Under the pieces are notes generated by a model, which saw nothing but the letters and a program-made list of their open reading frames with translations, did no database searches and was not told the origin of the DNA. A stretch of DNA of 64,000 nucleotides, taken from the NCBI GenBank assembly GCA_047601445.1, contig JASGJH010000001.1, positions 6,688,001-6,752,000 of the forward strand. The letters are read 5' to 3'. The stretch is from Myxococcales bacterium (GTDB lineage Bacteria > Myxococcota_A > Polyangia > Polyangiales > DASUME01). Made by a program: the position numbers and the translations under genes. Within the stretch, counting starts at the first letter, position 1. Each line of letters begins with the position of its first letter. Positions 8,927-19,261 of the stretch are shown here, in pieces.

Positions 8927-11900
8927 ATGCTCCGCCTGCTCCACCGTCTTGGTGACCTGTCTCGCATTCAGCGCCGTGCGCGTTTCACCCCTGCGTTCTT
9001 GGTGCTCCTCCTGGGAGTGAGCGCTTGCGCCTCGAACGCCGTTCCCAACGGGCTTCCCGTGTCCAAACCCGATGACCCGGGTGCTCCTGCCAAGCTGGAG
9101 TGGGCCGAGGCCGATCACACGGGGGCTCTACCACCTCATCTCACCGGCACCGACGGTGAGGGACTGGCCCTGGTGTCGGTGAACGCGCAAGTCATCGTGC
9201 AGCCGCCGCTGGCCTTCACCGAGCTCCACCTGCGCTTCCGCAACCCGGAGCCGCGCCGCCGCGAAGGTAACTTCGAGATCACGCTGCCGCCCAGTGCCGC
9301 GCTCTCGCGTTTTGCCATGCGTGTGAACGAGACGTGGATGGAAGGCGAAGTCGTGGAGCGCCAGAAGGCCCGCGCCACTTACGAGGACTTCTTGCACCGC
9401 AGGCAGGACCCGGCGTTGCTCGAGCATGCGGCGGGCAATCAGTTCAGCGCGCGCGTGTTCCCCATCGAGGCCAATCAAGACAAGGAGATCATCCTCTCCT
9501 ACAGCGAAGAGCTGAGCGCTCAACAAATCTATCGCCTGTATCTCGCCGGGCTGCCCACGCTCGAGGAGCTCAAGGTGCGCGCCCTGGCCAGCGACGGTGA
9601 GCACACGCTCGAGCTAGCCCACAGCGCCGTGCGCGGTGACGTGGTGCTCACGGGTGGACGCGGCGCGGGCTCCGCCGATCTCGCCATGCACGCGGGCGAT
9701 CTGTTTTTGGCGCGACTCACGCCCAAGCTCGACACCAAGCCCGATCAGCTCAAGTCCCTCACCGTGTTGTTCGACACCAGCGCCTCGAGTGCGCTCGGTT
9801 TCGACGCGCGCGCCGAGCGCGTGGCGCGGCTGGTGGAGCGGCTCAGTGCAAGCACCAAGGAAGACTTCACAGTGAAGGTCTTCGCCTTCGACAACACGCT
9901 GGTGCCCGTTTACGCAGGCCCCGCCTCTGGTCTCGTCGACGAGGGCTTGCCCGCACTGCAAAAGCGCAGGGCGCTCGGTGCATCCAACCTGCAGGGCGCG
10001 CTCACGGCGCTTGCGACGCAGCCTTCGAGCGATCGCCTGTTGTTGGTGAGCGACGCGGTGGCCACCGTGGGTGACACCGAACCCGAGAAGCTCGGCGAGG
10101 CCGTGAAAAAGCTCGGTGCCCAGGGCCTTGCACGTCTCGACGTGATGCTCACGGGCGGCATCTACGACCAGACCCTCGCTGCGAGCCTCGCGAGTGCGCT
10201 GCGCGGGCATCCGGGTGTGGTGCTGCAAGACGATGGTGATCTCGATGCCGCCGGCGCGGCCCTCATGAAGCGGCCGGTGGCCGATGTGGCGATCCAAGTG
10301 GAGCACGCTTCCTGGTGGTGGCCCCGCCGTGTGCCCTCGATGTTGCCCGGTCAGAGCGTGACGGTGATCGCCAACGTGAAGGGCCAAGACATCCCCGCCT
10401 TCCACGTGGGGCAGACTCCGCCCGTGCGTCTCGACCCCCTGGAGGTGTCCGAGCCCCTGCTCAAGCGCGCCTGGGCGCGCGCCAAGCTCAGTGAACTCGA
10501 GGAAAAGCTGGCCAAGCTCGCCCCCGACGACCTCGCGCAGCGTGGCAACCTGGAGGCCGAGCTCGTGTCTCTTTCGATGCGCCAGCGCGTGCTCTCGAGC
10601 CGCACGGCGCTGCTGGTGCTCGAGACCGAGCAAGACTACGCGCGCTTCAATATCGACCGTACGGCCCTGAGCGATATCCTCACCGTGGGCCCGAGCGGTA
10701 TTCAGTTACTCGACGGTCGCTCGCGCGGCACGCAGGTGGCGAGCGCTCCGGTCCCGGCCAGCAATCCGGTGCGTCGCGAGGTCGCAGCGCCCGAGGGCGC
10801 CATGAGCAAGCAAGCCGAGGCGCCGGCGCCCAACAACAGGATGGCCCCCGAAGCCCAAGCGGCTGCCGACGCGCTGCTACAAGGCGCACTGCAAGCCAAC
10901 GGGGAGTCCGCCGAAGACGTGCTCGCCCCTTCGTCCGCCGCTGCACCCGAACCGGCTGCCCCCCCTCCGCCCATGGCTCAACCCATCACGGAGCGCGAAC
11001 GCGAGATGCTCGACCGCGCCTCCCGCAACGTGCGTGCCGATCGTGCGCCTGGTGCTGGTGAAGGCCGCCTCGACGACCTCCTCAACCGCAGTCTCGGCGG
11101 AGGCAGCGTGGGTGCGGGCATGGGGCCGGCCGCTGCTCCACGCGCTGCCAGGCCAAGTCACGGCGCCCTCGCCGAGGGGAGCAGCATCAGCGAAGAGCGC
11201 GCCATCCGCGGTAGGGTCACCATGGCGAGGCCCGTGTTTCGCTCGATTGGCGAGCTCGAAACGGAGGTCGTCGAGCGCGAGTTCAGGAAGCGCTTGCGCG
11301 CGCTGCAAATCTGTTACGAGCAGCAGCTGCGTCGGGACCCCAGCTTGGCCGGCATGGTGATCTTTGCCTTCCAGGTGAGCACCGATGGCATCGTGGACAA
11401 GGTCATGGTCGACCGTGCCGACGTGGACCAGAGCGTGGTCACGTGCACCTTGGACACGGTCAAGCGCTTCCGCTTTCAGCAGCCCATGAAGGGCAGCAGC
11501 AGCTTCCGTGTCGTGCTCTCCTACGCCCCCGTCGTCGAACAAGGTGTGCTGGTCGCACAGGAACAGGTTCGCGAACCAGAGCATCCCCCGGTGCTCACGC
11601 TCGCCGACGCGCTCGAAGGCCCGCTGCTCTCCGTGCTCAACTCCATCGCCGCGCGCAACCTCCAGGGCGCCCTCGCGCAAGCCTGGCGCTATCGCGCCGA
11701 AGAGCCCGGCAGCGTGCTCGCGCTGCTCGCGCTCGGCGAAGCCCTCGAGGCCAACAACGACCCGATCGGTGCCGCACGCGCCTTCGGCTCCATCATCGAC
11801 CTGTTCCCCTCGCGCGCCGACATGCGCCGCACCGCCGGCAACTACCTCGAAGAGCTGACCGGTCAGGAAGCCCTCGCGCTCGCCCTCGACAGCTACAAGA

Positions 11901-12595
11901 AGGCCCGCGAGCAGCGCCCCGACCATCCCAACTCGCATCGGTTCTACGCGTTCGCCCTGGTCAAGGCCGGCCGCCCTGCCGAAGCCTTTCAGGTGCTGCG
12001 CGAGGGCTTCACGCGCGGCTACGCGCCCGGCCGCTTCGAGGGCGCTGCGACCATCCTGAAGGAGGATATGACCGCCGTCGCCAGCGCCTGGCTCGCCCAC
12101 GACCCGAGCGCCAAGGCCACCATCGACGAGGCCCTGAGCTCGCTCATGCTCAGCCGCGACACCACACCCAGCCTGCGCTTCGTGCTCTCCTGGGAGACCG
12201 ACGCCAACGACGTCGACTTCCACATCTACGATGGCCAAGGCGGCCACGCCTTCCATGCCAGTCGCGAGCTCCCGAGCGGCGGCCACCTGCTCGCCGACGT
12301 GCGCGACGGCTACGGCCCCGAGCGCTTCCTCATCGAGCAACCCCGCGCCTTCCCGTACCAACTCATGGTCCACTACTACAGCCGCGGTCCCATGGGCGTG
12401 GGCATGGGTAAGCTCGAGGCGGTCTACCACGACGGCAAGGGACACCTCAGCTTCGAGGAGCGCCCCTTCGTGATCATGAAGGACCGCGCGAGCGTGGACC
12501 TTGGCAAGGTGGGCAGAGAGGCCGCGCTCTTCAAGGCACCGAGTGCCAAGGCGCCGATTACCAAGGAGAAGGCCGCGGGCGACACGAGCGGCTGA
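8927..12595 (+). CDS. VIT-domain protein with vWA-like, AgmX/PglI (TonB-C-like), TPR-like and DUF2135/YfaP-like domains
   Basis: VIT: AFTELHLRFRNPEPRRREGNFEITLP...KARATYEDFLHRRQDPALLE. AgmX-like: LQICYEQQLRRDPSLAG. YfaP-like: LRFVLSWETDANDVDFH...DGYGPE. The ORF-track start at 8783 lies inside the repeat, so ATG 8927 is preferred. Confidence 0.85.
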   Translation: MLRLLHRLGDLSRIQRRARFTPAFLVLLLGVSACASNAVPNGLPVSKPDDPGAPAKLEWAEADHTGALPPHLTGTDGEGLALVSVNAQVIVQPPLAFTELHLRFRNPEPRRREGNFEITLPPSAALSRFAMRVNETWMEGEVVERQKARATYEDFLHRRQDPALLEHAAGNQFSARVFPIEANQDKEIILSYSEELSAQQIYRLYLAGLPTLEELKVRALASDGEHTLELAHSAVRGDVVLTGGRGAGSADLAMHAGDLFLARLTPKLDTKPDQLKSLTVLFDTSASSALGFDARAERVARLVERLSASTKEDFTVKVFAFDNTLVPVYAGPASGLVDEGLPALQKRRALGASNLQGALTALATQPSSDRLLLVSDAVATVGDTEPEKLGEAVKKLGAQGLARLDVMLTGGIYDQTLAASLASALRGHPGVVLQDDGDLDAAGAALMKRPVADVAIQVEHASWWWPRRVPSMLPGQSVTVIANVKGQDIPAFHVGQTPPVRLDPLEVSEPLLKRAWARAKLSELEEKLAKLAPDDLAQRGNLEAELVSLSMRQRVLSSRTALLVLETEQDYARFNIDRTALSDILTVGPSGIQLLDGRSRGTQVASAPVPASNPVRREVAAPEGAMSKQAEAPAPNNRMAPEAQAAADALLQGALQANGESAEDVLAPSSAAAPEPAAPPPPMAQPITEREREMLDRASRNVRADRAPGAGEGRLDDLLNRSLGGGSVGAGMGPAAAPRAARPSHGALAEGSSISEERAIRGRVTMARPVFRSIGELETEVVEREFRKRLRALQICYEQQLRRDPSLAGMVIFAFQVSTDGIVDKVMVDRADVDQSVVTCTLDTVKRFRFQQPMKGSSSFRVVLSYAPVVEQGVLVAQEQVREPEHPPVLTLADALEGPLLSVLNSIAARNLQGALAQAWRYRAEEPGSVLALLALGEALEANNDPIGAARAFGSIIDLFPSRADMRRTAGNYLEELTGQEALALALDSYKKAREQRPDHPNSHRFYAFALVKAGRPAEAFQVLREGFTRGYAPGRFEGAATILKEDMTAVASAWLAHDPSAKATIDEALSSLMLSRDTTPSLRFVLSWETDANDVDFHIYDGQGGHAFHASRELPSGGHLLADVRDGYGPERFLIEQPRAFPYQLMVHYYSRGPMGVGMGKLEAVYHDGKGHLSFEERPFVIMKDRASVDLGKVGREAALFKAPSAKAPITKEKAAGDTSG

Positions 12596-12643
12596 CCTCT
12601 CGAGAATGCTCGAGGATTTCGCGGGGAGTTGAGGCACCCGCTT

Positions 12644-12667
12644 CGATCTTACCTGTCACGTAATCGA
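12644..12667. promoter_or_regulatory. Putative operator palindrome TTAC-N7-GTAA
   Basis: CGATCTTACCTGTCACGTAATCGA lies about 60 bp upstream of the hydrolase-regulator operon. Confidence 0.4.
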
Positions 12668-12727
12668 GGGCGCCGCCCGATCCAGACATGCTGCTCTCCA
12701 GACGCATTGGCGCAAAGGAGGCGAGAC

Positions 12728-13624
12728 ATGTCCGGCGATCTGGAGGCGTTCTTGGCAGCACCCGTAAGGCGCGTGGAGATAGGCACGACGTTGGCCTATC
12801 GAAAGTTCGGGCAGGGACCGGCCGTGGTGTTGGTGCATGGCTGGCCCCTCAACGGTGCGACCTACCGAGGTCTGGTACGCGTGTTGTCCCCGCACATGAC
12901 CTGCTACGTGCCGGATCTGCCTGGCTCAGGCGAGTCGCCCTGGGATCCACGTACGCGCGAGGTGTTTGCCGATTGGGGAGCGCTGTTGGTGCGCTTCGTC
13001 GATGCGTTGCGGCTGGATGACGTGGCCTTGATTGGACACGACTCGGGTGGTGCTATCGCGCGCGTGGCTGCCGCGGCTTTGGGGGAGCGCGTGCGCTTGC
13101 TCGGCTTGATCGCCACGGAGGTCACGAACTACGTGCCGCCGCTCGTGCGCTTCTACCAGGCGCTCACTCGCCTGCCCGGGGCCGTACACCTGATGAACGC
13201 GCTGATGAAGCAGCGCTGGTACCGGCGCTCGCGCCTCGGCTTCGGCGACTGCTTCGCGAATGTGGATCACATCGACGGCGAGTTTCACCGTGCCTGCGTC
13301 GAGCCCAACCTGAGAGAGCCCAAGGGGGCGGCGCTCACGTTGGCCCATGTGGACCTGAGCCTGAGCATGCGCCTCGCCCAGTTGCATGCGCGCATTCAAG
13401 CGCCCGTGGTCACGGTGTGGGGAGACCAGGACGTGTTCTTCCCCATCGCCCGCGCCCGTGCGATGCAGCGGGAGTTCCCGCGCCCGCTCGCGCTCCACGT
13501 GTTGCCCGGCCAGAAGCTGCTGGTGCATGACGAGCGCCCCGACCTCGTGGGGCAGGTGCTGATCCCCCACTTGCAGCGCGTGAACGAGACCGCGGCCCTG
13601 ATCTCGGCGCGCGGCGAGGCATAA
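12728..13624 (+). CDS. Alpha/beta fold hydrolase (epoxide hydrolase/dehalogenase-like)
   Basis: VVLVHGWP, PDLPGSGES, GHDSGG nucleophile elbow; AAGGAGG RBS before ATG 12728. Confidence 0.9.
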   Translation: MSGDLEAFLAAPVRRVEIGTTLAYRKFGQGPAVVLVHGWPLNGATYRGLVRVLSPHMTCYVPDLPGSGESPWDPRTREVFADWGALLVRFVDALRLDDVALIGHDSGGAIARVAAAALGERVRLLGLIATEVTNYVPPLVRFYQALTRLPGAVHLMNALMKQRWYRRSRLGFGDCFANVDHIDGEFHRACVEPNLREPKGAALTLAHVDLSLSMRLAQLHARIQAPVVTVWGDQDVFFPIARARAMQREFPRPLALHVLPGQKLLVHDERPDLVGQVLIPHLQRVNETAALISARGEA

Positions 13625-13631
13625 TCGGGCC

Positions 13632-14441
13632 ATGGGTGAAGGCAAGCTGTTCACGGTGCTGCTGAAGCACTACCGCAGGAGCCGCGGCTTGAGTCAGCTC
13701 GACCTGGCGAGCGCGGCCGAGATCTCCGCGCGCCACTTGAGCTTTCTCGAGACCGGGCGGGCCAAGCCCAGCCGCGACATGGTGCTTAGGCTCGCTGGCA
13801 CGCTGGGGTTGGGACTGCGCGACGTGAACGGCCTGCTCGTGGCCGCGGGGCACCCGGAAAAGTACGCGGAAACTGCGCTGGAGCAGGTGAGCCCGCCCAT
13901 CCGCGCCGCGCTCGAGCGCATGCTCTCGGCCCAAGAACCCTTTCCCTTGATCGTCTTCGACGGCCACTACGAGGTCCGCATGATGAACGCGGCAGCGCGC
14001 CGCCTGCTGCGCTTCGCCATGCCGACCTGGGATCCGCACACGCCGCTCAACATTCTCAGACTGTGCTTCGATCCCCAGCTCGGCCGGTCGATGATCGAGA
14101 ACTGGGAGAGCGTCGCGCGGCACCTGCTCCAGCGGCTCGCCCGCGATCACCTGCTGACCGGGCGCGAATCCTTGGGCCTGCTGTTGAGCCAGATGCTGGC
14201 CTATCCCGACGTCCCGCAGGACTTCCGCACGATCGATCCGAACGCCAATGTGGATCCCGTGTTCGATCTGCATTTTCGTGTTCACGGCGCGAGCATGCGC
14301 TTTCTCACCACGCTCACCTCCTTCGACATGCCGCGTCACGTATTGCTGGATGAGCTCCGCATCGAGAGCTACTTCCCGCTCGACGAGGAGACGCGGCAGC
14401 TCTGCGAGCAGCTCGCGCGGATGGAGGACGGCCGGGCCTAG
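13632..14441 (+). CDS. XRE-family HTH regulator with MmyB-like ligand-binding domain
   Basis: LSQLDLASAAEISARHLSFLETGRAKPSR; C-terminal LDELRIESYFPLDE. Confidence 0.9.
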   Translation: MGEGKLFTVLLKHYRRSRGLSQLDLASAAEISARHLSFLETGRAKPSRDMVLRLAGTLGLGLRDVNGLLVAAGHPEKYAETALEQVSPPIRAALERMLSAQEPFPLIVFDGHYEVRMMNAAARRLLRFAMPTWDPHTPLNILRLCFDPQLGRSMIENWESVARHLLQRLARDHLLTGRESLGLLLSQMLAYPDVPQDFRTIDPNANVDPVFDLHFRVHGASMRFLTTLTSFDMPRHVLLDELRIESYFPLDEETRQLCEQLARMEDGRA

Positions 14442-14536
14442 ACAAAGGCAAGCCGAAGGTCGCGAGTTCTGCGCTGTCACCGGCCGGGACTTCGATGGCA
14501 TTGACCCCCAACCAGGCGATCGGTTAGTCGTGGGCG

Positions 14537-15814
14537 GTGCAAGGCTCCTTTCGCGCGCTCTCAAACCTGCCTCTACGTCGGCTGCGTGGAGTCTCCGCGG
14601 CCGCGGCCCTCTCGCTTGCTGCCTGCGGCCCGTCATCGGACGGCGCGACCCACGGCGGCATCGACGCGGCGGTTGGACCTGGGCATCACCAAGCGGACGC
14701 CAGCATGGACGATGAGCCGCAGCCGACCTCCGATGCCGGGCGCGACGCGGGCCACCACGCAAGCGGCTCAGGCGACGCCAGCACGGACGCGGCTACCCCT
14801 GAAGACTATCCGCCCCTCGTCGACTGCGGATTCAAGGACTGGAGCACGCCCTTCACCTGGACACCCACCAGCGTGACGTTGAAGAGCTACACGACCGCCC
14901 CCAACGATGCGTACGAGTCCTATATCGGCTCGCCCGACGTCCACGACAACGGTGCGGTCTGGGACATGTTCTACGCGATGAGCGACGCCAAGGGCGTCGG
15001 CAGAATCGGGCACGCCACCTCCCAGGACCGAGGGGTCACCTGGAAACGCGACGCGGTGCGCATGGACCCCTACGGCAACACCTACGCCTCCGCATTCCTC
15101 GACACGCCGTCGGCCCTCTACGAAGGCGGCGCGCTCAGCCTCTACGTGTTCGCCAACTCCATGCTCAAGACGCCGGGCGGGCGCATCGGCTATTCAGTCC
15201 GCAAAGACGAAGCGTGGACCTATCCGTTCGCCGACGCCGTGTTGAGCGCCGGCGCCGAGACCGCCTGGGACGGCCTCTGGGTCGAATCTCCCGAGGTGAA
15301 GCGCATCGGCAAGAGCTACTTCATGTGGTTCACCGGCATCGATAGCCAGTGGATTGTGGGACACGGTGTGGCCACCTCCGAAGACGGAGTGCACTGGAAA
15401 AAACACGAGCAGAATCCCGTGGTGCGCGCCTCCGACGACCCTGCTCGCTTCGACTCTTTTCTGCCCGGCGGAACCAGCGTGGTTCAGACACCGAGCGGCG
15501 CCTTCCTGATGTTCTACGCCTGCGGCTCACGCTACCAGGCAGCCTTTCCGCCGCTGGTCGGCAACCTGTGCCTCTCCATCTCTGCGCCTGGCGATGGCAA
15601 GACCTTCCACAAGTACCCATCGGATGCAGCGCCCACGCCGATGATCCCCAGCTCGTACTTCGCGGGACTCAACCAAGACGGCGTGACCATCATCAACGGC
15701 CCCATCAATCCCAGCGTCATCGCCGACCGCGAACAGGGCGTGCTCAAGATCTACTACGAGAACCAGTCGAGCTTTCTGGGGTTGCTCACGCTGCCCATCT
15801 GCAAGGGGATGTAG
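14537..15814 (+). CDS. Lipoprotein with a five-bladed beta-propeller glycoside-hydrolase-like domain (GH32/43/130-like fold)
   Basis: Lipobox LAAC; repeated IGHATSQDRGVTWKR and GVATSEDGVHWKKHEQNPV blades; WDGLWVESPEV. Confidence 0.7.
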   Translation: MQGSFRALSNLPLRRLRGVSAAAALSLAACGPSSDGATHGGIDAAVGPGHHQADASMDDEPQPTSDAGRDAGHHASGSGDASTDAATPEDYPPLVDCGFKDWSTPFTWTPTSVTLKSYTTAPNDAYESYIGSPDVHDNGAVWDMFYAMSDAKGVGRIGHATSQDRGVTWKRDAVRMDPYGNTYASAFLDTPSALYEGGALSLYVFANSMLKTPGGRIGYSVRKDEAWTYPFADAVLSAGAETAWDGLWVESPEVKRIGKSYFMWFTGIDSQWIVGHGVATSEDGVHWKKHEQNPVVRASDDPARFDSFLPGGTSVVQTPSGAFLMFYACGSRYQAAFPPLVGNLCLSISAPGDGKTFHKYPSDAAPTPMIPSSYFAGLNQDGVTIINGPINPSVIADREQGVLKIYYENQSSFLGLLTLPICKGM

Positions 15815-15901
15815 CGGTCACACTCTGTCTGGGACTTCAACGCGATCTTCCACGGTGTGGGACCTACCTGCTCCAAGCCCTCGGTGTTATCTCTTCTGGG
15901 C

Positions 15902-16741
15902 ATGGCCGACCTCGTCCCTCCACCCATCACGCTTTCCGCGGAACTCGAGGAAGCTTTCGCCAAACGCGGTGCGCTGGCATCGGTGAGAGCGTTTCTCGCG
16001 CGTGCGCCGCGACCATCTGTCTACGCCAAGAGCGAGCGCGTATCGCGGGCTCCCCTCCAGCGCTGGAGCGTCACCAGGGCGCTGGGGTTTTCGGTTGCCG
16101 AGCCGGTGTTGGGACTCTTGGTGAGCAAGCTGGGCGGCACGCCATACCTGGAGCGTGACGATCGGGATTGGGGCGCGTTTCGCTTTCTCGGTCAGTTCAA
16201 CTTGGCCGAGCTGCCCGTCATTGCGCTTCCAGAGAACTTGCGCACGGGTCTCCTCGCCGTGGACTGCGTGGGTGACAATGGCTTCGTCGGATACCGGACC
16301 CGCTGGTATCCGGCCCCCTCCACCGAAAGGGCCATGGCGTCGGCCAAGGTACCTTGCGTGGGCACCTGGGAGACGCGTCTTCATTTTCGCGCCGGTTGGT
16401 CGCTCCCTGGGGGCTCCGACTGGGATGCGGCCTTGCCCGATCCAAAGGACCGTGAGCTATGGGAGCTCTGGAATGAGTTCACTCCGCCCAGCTATCTCGA
16501 GGATGATTGCGACCACCGCCTGTTCGGACACCGCAGCGCAGGACTCGACGAGCACTATGGCTTCGAGCCAGCCGCGGGTCGCTCCAGCGACATTCGTGAG
16601 TACGAGATGTTGCTGCGCATCTCCTTCGACAACCCCGCGGGTTTTCACTTCGGCAGCAACGTCCTGTACGTGATCATTCACCGCGACGATTTGGCCGAAG
16701 GCAAGCTCGAGCGTGCTGTGGTCACTGGTGCGAACGCCTGA
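15902..16741 (+). CDS. DUF1963 (YwqG-like) protein
   Basis: SKLGGTPY, FLGQFNLAELP, LLRISFD...FGSNVLYVIIHRDDLAEGKLERA. Confidence 0.75.
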   Translation: MADLVPPPITLSAELEEAFAKRGALASVRAFLARAPRPSVYAKSERVSRAPLQRWSVTRALGFSVAEPVLGLLVSKLGGTPYLERDDRDWGAFRFLGQFNLAELPVIALPENLRTGLLAVDCVGDNGFVGYRTRWYPAPSTERAMASAKVPCVGTWETRLHFRAGWSLPGGSDWDAALPDPKDRELWELWNEFTPPSYLEDDCDHRLFGHRSAGLDEHYGFEPAAGRSSDIREYEMLLRISFDNPAGFHFGSNVLYVIIHRDDLAEGKLERAVVTGANA

Positions 16742-16753
16742 GCTCCGTGCTCC

Positions 16754-16776
16754 GGACTGAGCGCGACTCTTAGTCC
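16754..16776. terminator. Hairpin between convergent genes
   Basis: GGACTGAG/CTTAGTCC 8-bp stem (one G-U pair); no U-tract. Confidence 0.35.
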
Positions 16777-17106
16777 TCAGGGCACTTTCTTCAGGGGCGC
16801 CATCTTCTTCTCCACAGCCGACTTCGCCGCGGCAGCTGCCGCTTCGTACTCGTTCCCCACCTCACAGGCCGGGTCGGTGGAATCACAGGGCTTGGCTGCC
16901 GCATCCCCTGCGGGTGCAGCGCTCGGCGCGGCTTGTGGCGCAGGCTCTGCCGGGGCGGGCGTGGGCGCGGGCTCCACAGGTGGAGGCACGGGCGCAGGTT
17001 GCGATGCAGGCAGCTCGGGCTGTTCCTTGGTACACGCTGCCAGCGAGTTCACCAGGGCGAGACAGACGGCCAGGGCGAGCACATGGAGGAGGTCTGTGGC
17101 CTTCAT
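16777..17106 (-). CDS. Small Pro/Ala-rich lipoprotein
   Basis: MKATDLLHVLALAVCLALVNSLAAC lipobox. Confidence 0.7.
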   Translation of the reverse strand: MKATDLLHVLALAVCLALVNSLAACTKEQPELPASQPAPVPPPVEPAPTPAPAEPAPQAAPSAAPAGDAAAKPCDSTDPACEVGNEYEAAAAAAKSAVEKKMAPLKKVP

Positions 17107-17240
17107 GGGAGGCATTTTCCTCCACCTGGCCGGACCCAGCAAGAGCTTCGGGCATCACGGGGTTAACTCGCAAAATCAGCGCGTTGGGCAGTTCAAAATC
17201 GCGCGCAAGCCCTGTAGTGTTCGCATTTTTGGGGCCCAGG

Positions 17241-18323
17241 ATGACCACTCGCTTTCGCCATCGCGGCTTGTCGACTTGCTTCGTGCTGCTTTGGGCCGCC
17301 TGTGGTGATGAGCCTCAGGGGGCAGGCGGCTCTGCGGCGAATCGGTTCGAACCGATCGCGAGCGCCCGTTGTGAGCGCCTGATCGAGTGCGGAGATACGT
17401 CACGGCCCGCGGACGTCTGCGAGCGCGCCTCGGGGGGAGTCTTCTGCGCGGGCCTGCCGCAGAACGCCAGTCAGGGCGACATCGAGCGTTGTGCGACCGC
17501 CATCCGAGGGCAGAGCTGCAATCTGATGGATCGCGTGGCCTGGCCGCCCGGCTGCGAGGTGATCAGCAATGGTCTGACCGAATCCACCAGTGTGAGCCCA
17601 GGCGACCCGTGCTCCGTGCACGGTACCTGTGGTGCCGGGCTCGTGTGCGAAGGAGCGCAGGAGGCTTGTCTCGGTTCCTGTGTGGCCCCGCCCAGCGAGG
17701 GACAGGCGTGCAACGACTCCGAGCCCTGCGCGTACGGTACCGTCTGCACGCGCGACCACATCTGTGAAGTTCCGCGACCCAGCGGATCGGTTTGTCGGAC
17801 CGACAACGACTGCGAGCACGACTGCGTCGCCGGTGTCTGTGAGAGCCGCGAGACGCTCCTCGGTCGCGCCTGTTTTGAAGTGGAAGGACAATGCGGAGAC
17901 CAGTTGCGTTGTGCCGCTGGAAAGTGCAGCCCGTTCGCAGCGCTCGATGAGGCTTGCGAGGACACAACCGACTGCGCCGTCGGATCCGCCTGCGTGGATG
18001 GCCGTTGCGCCCTCTCCAGCGACTGCGGTGCAGGCGCGGAAGGGGAAGCTTGTGTGTGGCACGACCAGTGCGCGAAGGGCTTGCGCTGCCACGGCGACGC
18101 GCGGCGTTGCGTGCGACCGGTCTCGCTTCACGGACCGTGCCTCTTCGACGCGTTCGACTGCATCGATGGCTCTACATGCACGAACTTCACTGTGACTTCG
18201 CCGGGCACATGCGAGCCGATCCCTATGCCGGGTGCCGCCGGAGATCCGTGCACGAACTTTTGGGAGTGCAAGTCGTGGCTTTGCTCCGAGGGCAAGTGTC
18301 AGCCGCCCAATCAGTGTGAGTGA
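17241..18323 (+). CDS. Cys-rich repeat lipoprotein (Dickkopf-like Cys repeats)
   Basis: LWAAC lipobox; repeated GxxC...CxxGLxC motifs; similar architecture to 55296-56438. Confidence 0.75.
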   Translation: MTTRFRHRGLSTCFVLLWAACGDEPQGAGGSAANRFEPIASARCERLIECGDTSRPADVCERASGGVFCAGLPQNASQGDIERCATAIRGQSCNLMDRVAWPPGCEVISNGLTESTSVSPGDPCSVHGTCGAGLVCEGAQEACLGSCVAPPSEGQACNDSEPCAYGTVCTRDHICEVPRPSGSVCRTDNDCEHDCVAGVCESRETLLGRACFEVEGQCGDQLRCAAGKCSPFAALDEACEDTTDCAVGSACVDGRCALSSDCGAGAEGEACVWHDQCAKGLRCHGDARRCVRPVSLHGPCLFDAFDCIDGSTCTNFTVTSPGTCEPIPMPGAAGDPCTNFWECKSWLCSEGKCQPPNQCE

Positions 18324-18411
18324 TTCCCCGCGTCGGTTCGCCGCGTCCTGGTGCTCGCGCGCTACAAGGCTGCGCCGTGAATTCCGGGTGCTCCTGGGAC
18401 CCGCTAGAGCC

Positions 18412-19218
18412 ATGATGTCGGCGAGGGTGCCTTTGGAGCCACAGAGAAATCTCCGCGTGCAAAGTCCAAAGGGGTCGCTGCTCCTCCTCGTGTTGCTCAC
18501 ATCGTGCGCCAAGCCTCCGCCTCCAAGCGCGCCTGTGCCGGAGCCCGAGCCTGAGCCGATGCCGATGGCCATACGAAAGCCGCAGCCCCAGCCTTCATGG
18601 GGCTTGTCAGGCGTGCCGTCGTTCAGGTCTCTGCCCGATCTTCCGGTCGCGCTGGCAGGCTATGCCGACCAGGTCGCCAGCATCGAGGTCGCGTGCGAGC
18701 GCCCTACGGGCACCACCTTGGCCGAGATCAACACGTGGATGCAGCAGCGCTTCATCCCTTGGCTGCGAGACAAGTCCTCCGCCGTGATGCGCATGGAGCG
18801 CGAGCTGACCGCCGTGCACAACGTACACGCACGTCCGATCATCGCAGCCTTGATCGGCCACATGCACGAGGACGTAGCCGACGACCTGCTCTCCGTGCCC
18901 GTTCCCAGCGAACTCATCGAAGACGCCGAGCTCACCGCGGTCTTTCGACAGTCCCTCATCGACAAGGCCATGCCCAGCCTGCAAAAGGCGAAGCTCGAGT
19001 ACACCGCCTGCACGCCCGAGACGCACAGCACGTCCGCCGAACGCGAAGCGTGGGGCCGCTACTGCAAAGTGCGCGTGGAGGTCCTGGATCGCGTGCTCGC
19101 CGAAGCCGTGGCCCCGCCATCGCCAAAGCCCACGATCTTCGGGATGGAAGAACGCTATGGCATCCGGGGCGTCTGGACTCCGCCGCCGGATGCGGGCGTT
19201 GGAGCGTCGGGTAAGTGA
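18412..19218 (+). CDS. Hypothetical lipoprotein, helical
   Basis: LLLLVLLTSC lipobox and Pro-rich linker; start uncertain. Confidence 0.6.
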   Translation: MMSARVPLEPQRNLRVQSPKGSLLLLVLLTSCAKPPPPSAPVPEPEPEPMPMAIRKPQPQPSWGLSGVPSFRSLPDLPVALAGYADQVASIEVACERPTGTTLAEINTWMQQRFIPWLRDKSSAVMRMERELTAVHNVHARPIIAALIGHMHEDVADDLLSVPVPSELIEDAELTAVFRQSLIDKAMPSLQKAKLEYTACTPETHSTSAEREAWGRYCKVRVEVLDRVLAEAVAPPSPKPTIFGMEERYGIRGVWTPPPDAGVGASGK

Positions 19219-19261
19219 TGGTGCAGCGCGCTCGAAGGAGCGGTGGAGGCTAGGCGAGAGC

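Noticed and set aside
8507..9020. ORFs with LTAQR, AVNRC or STAAL repeats
   Set aside because: These are translations of the DNA repeat arms in several frames, not credible proteins.
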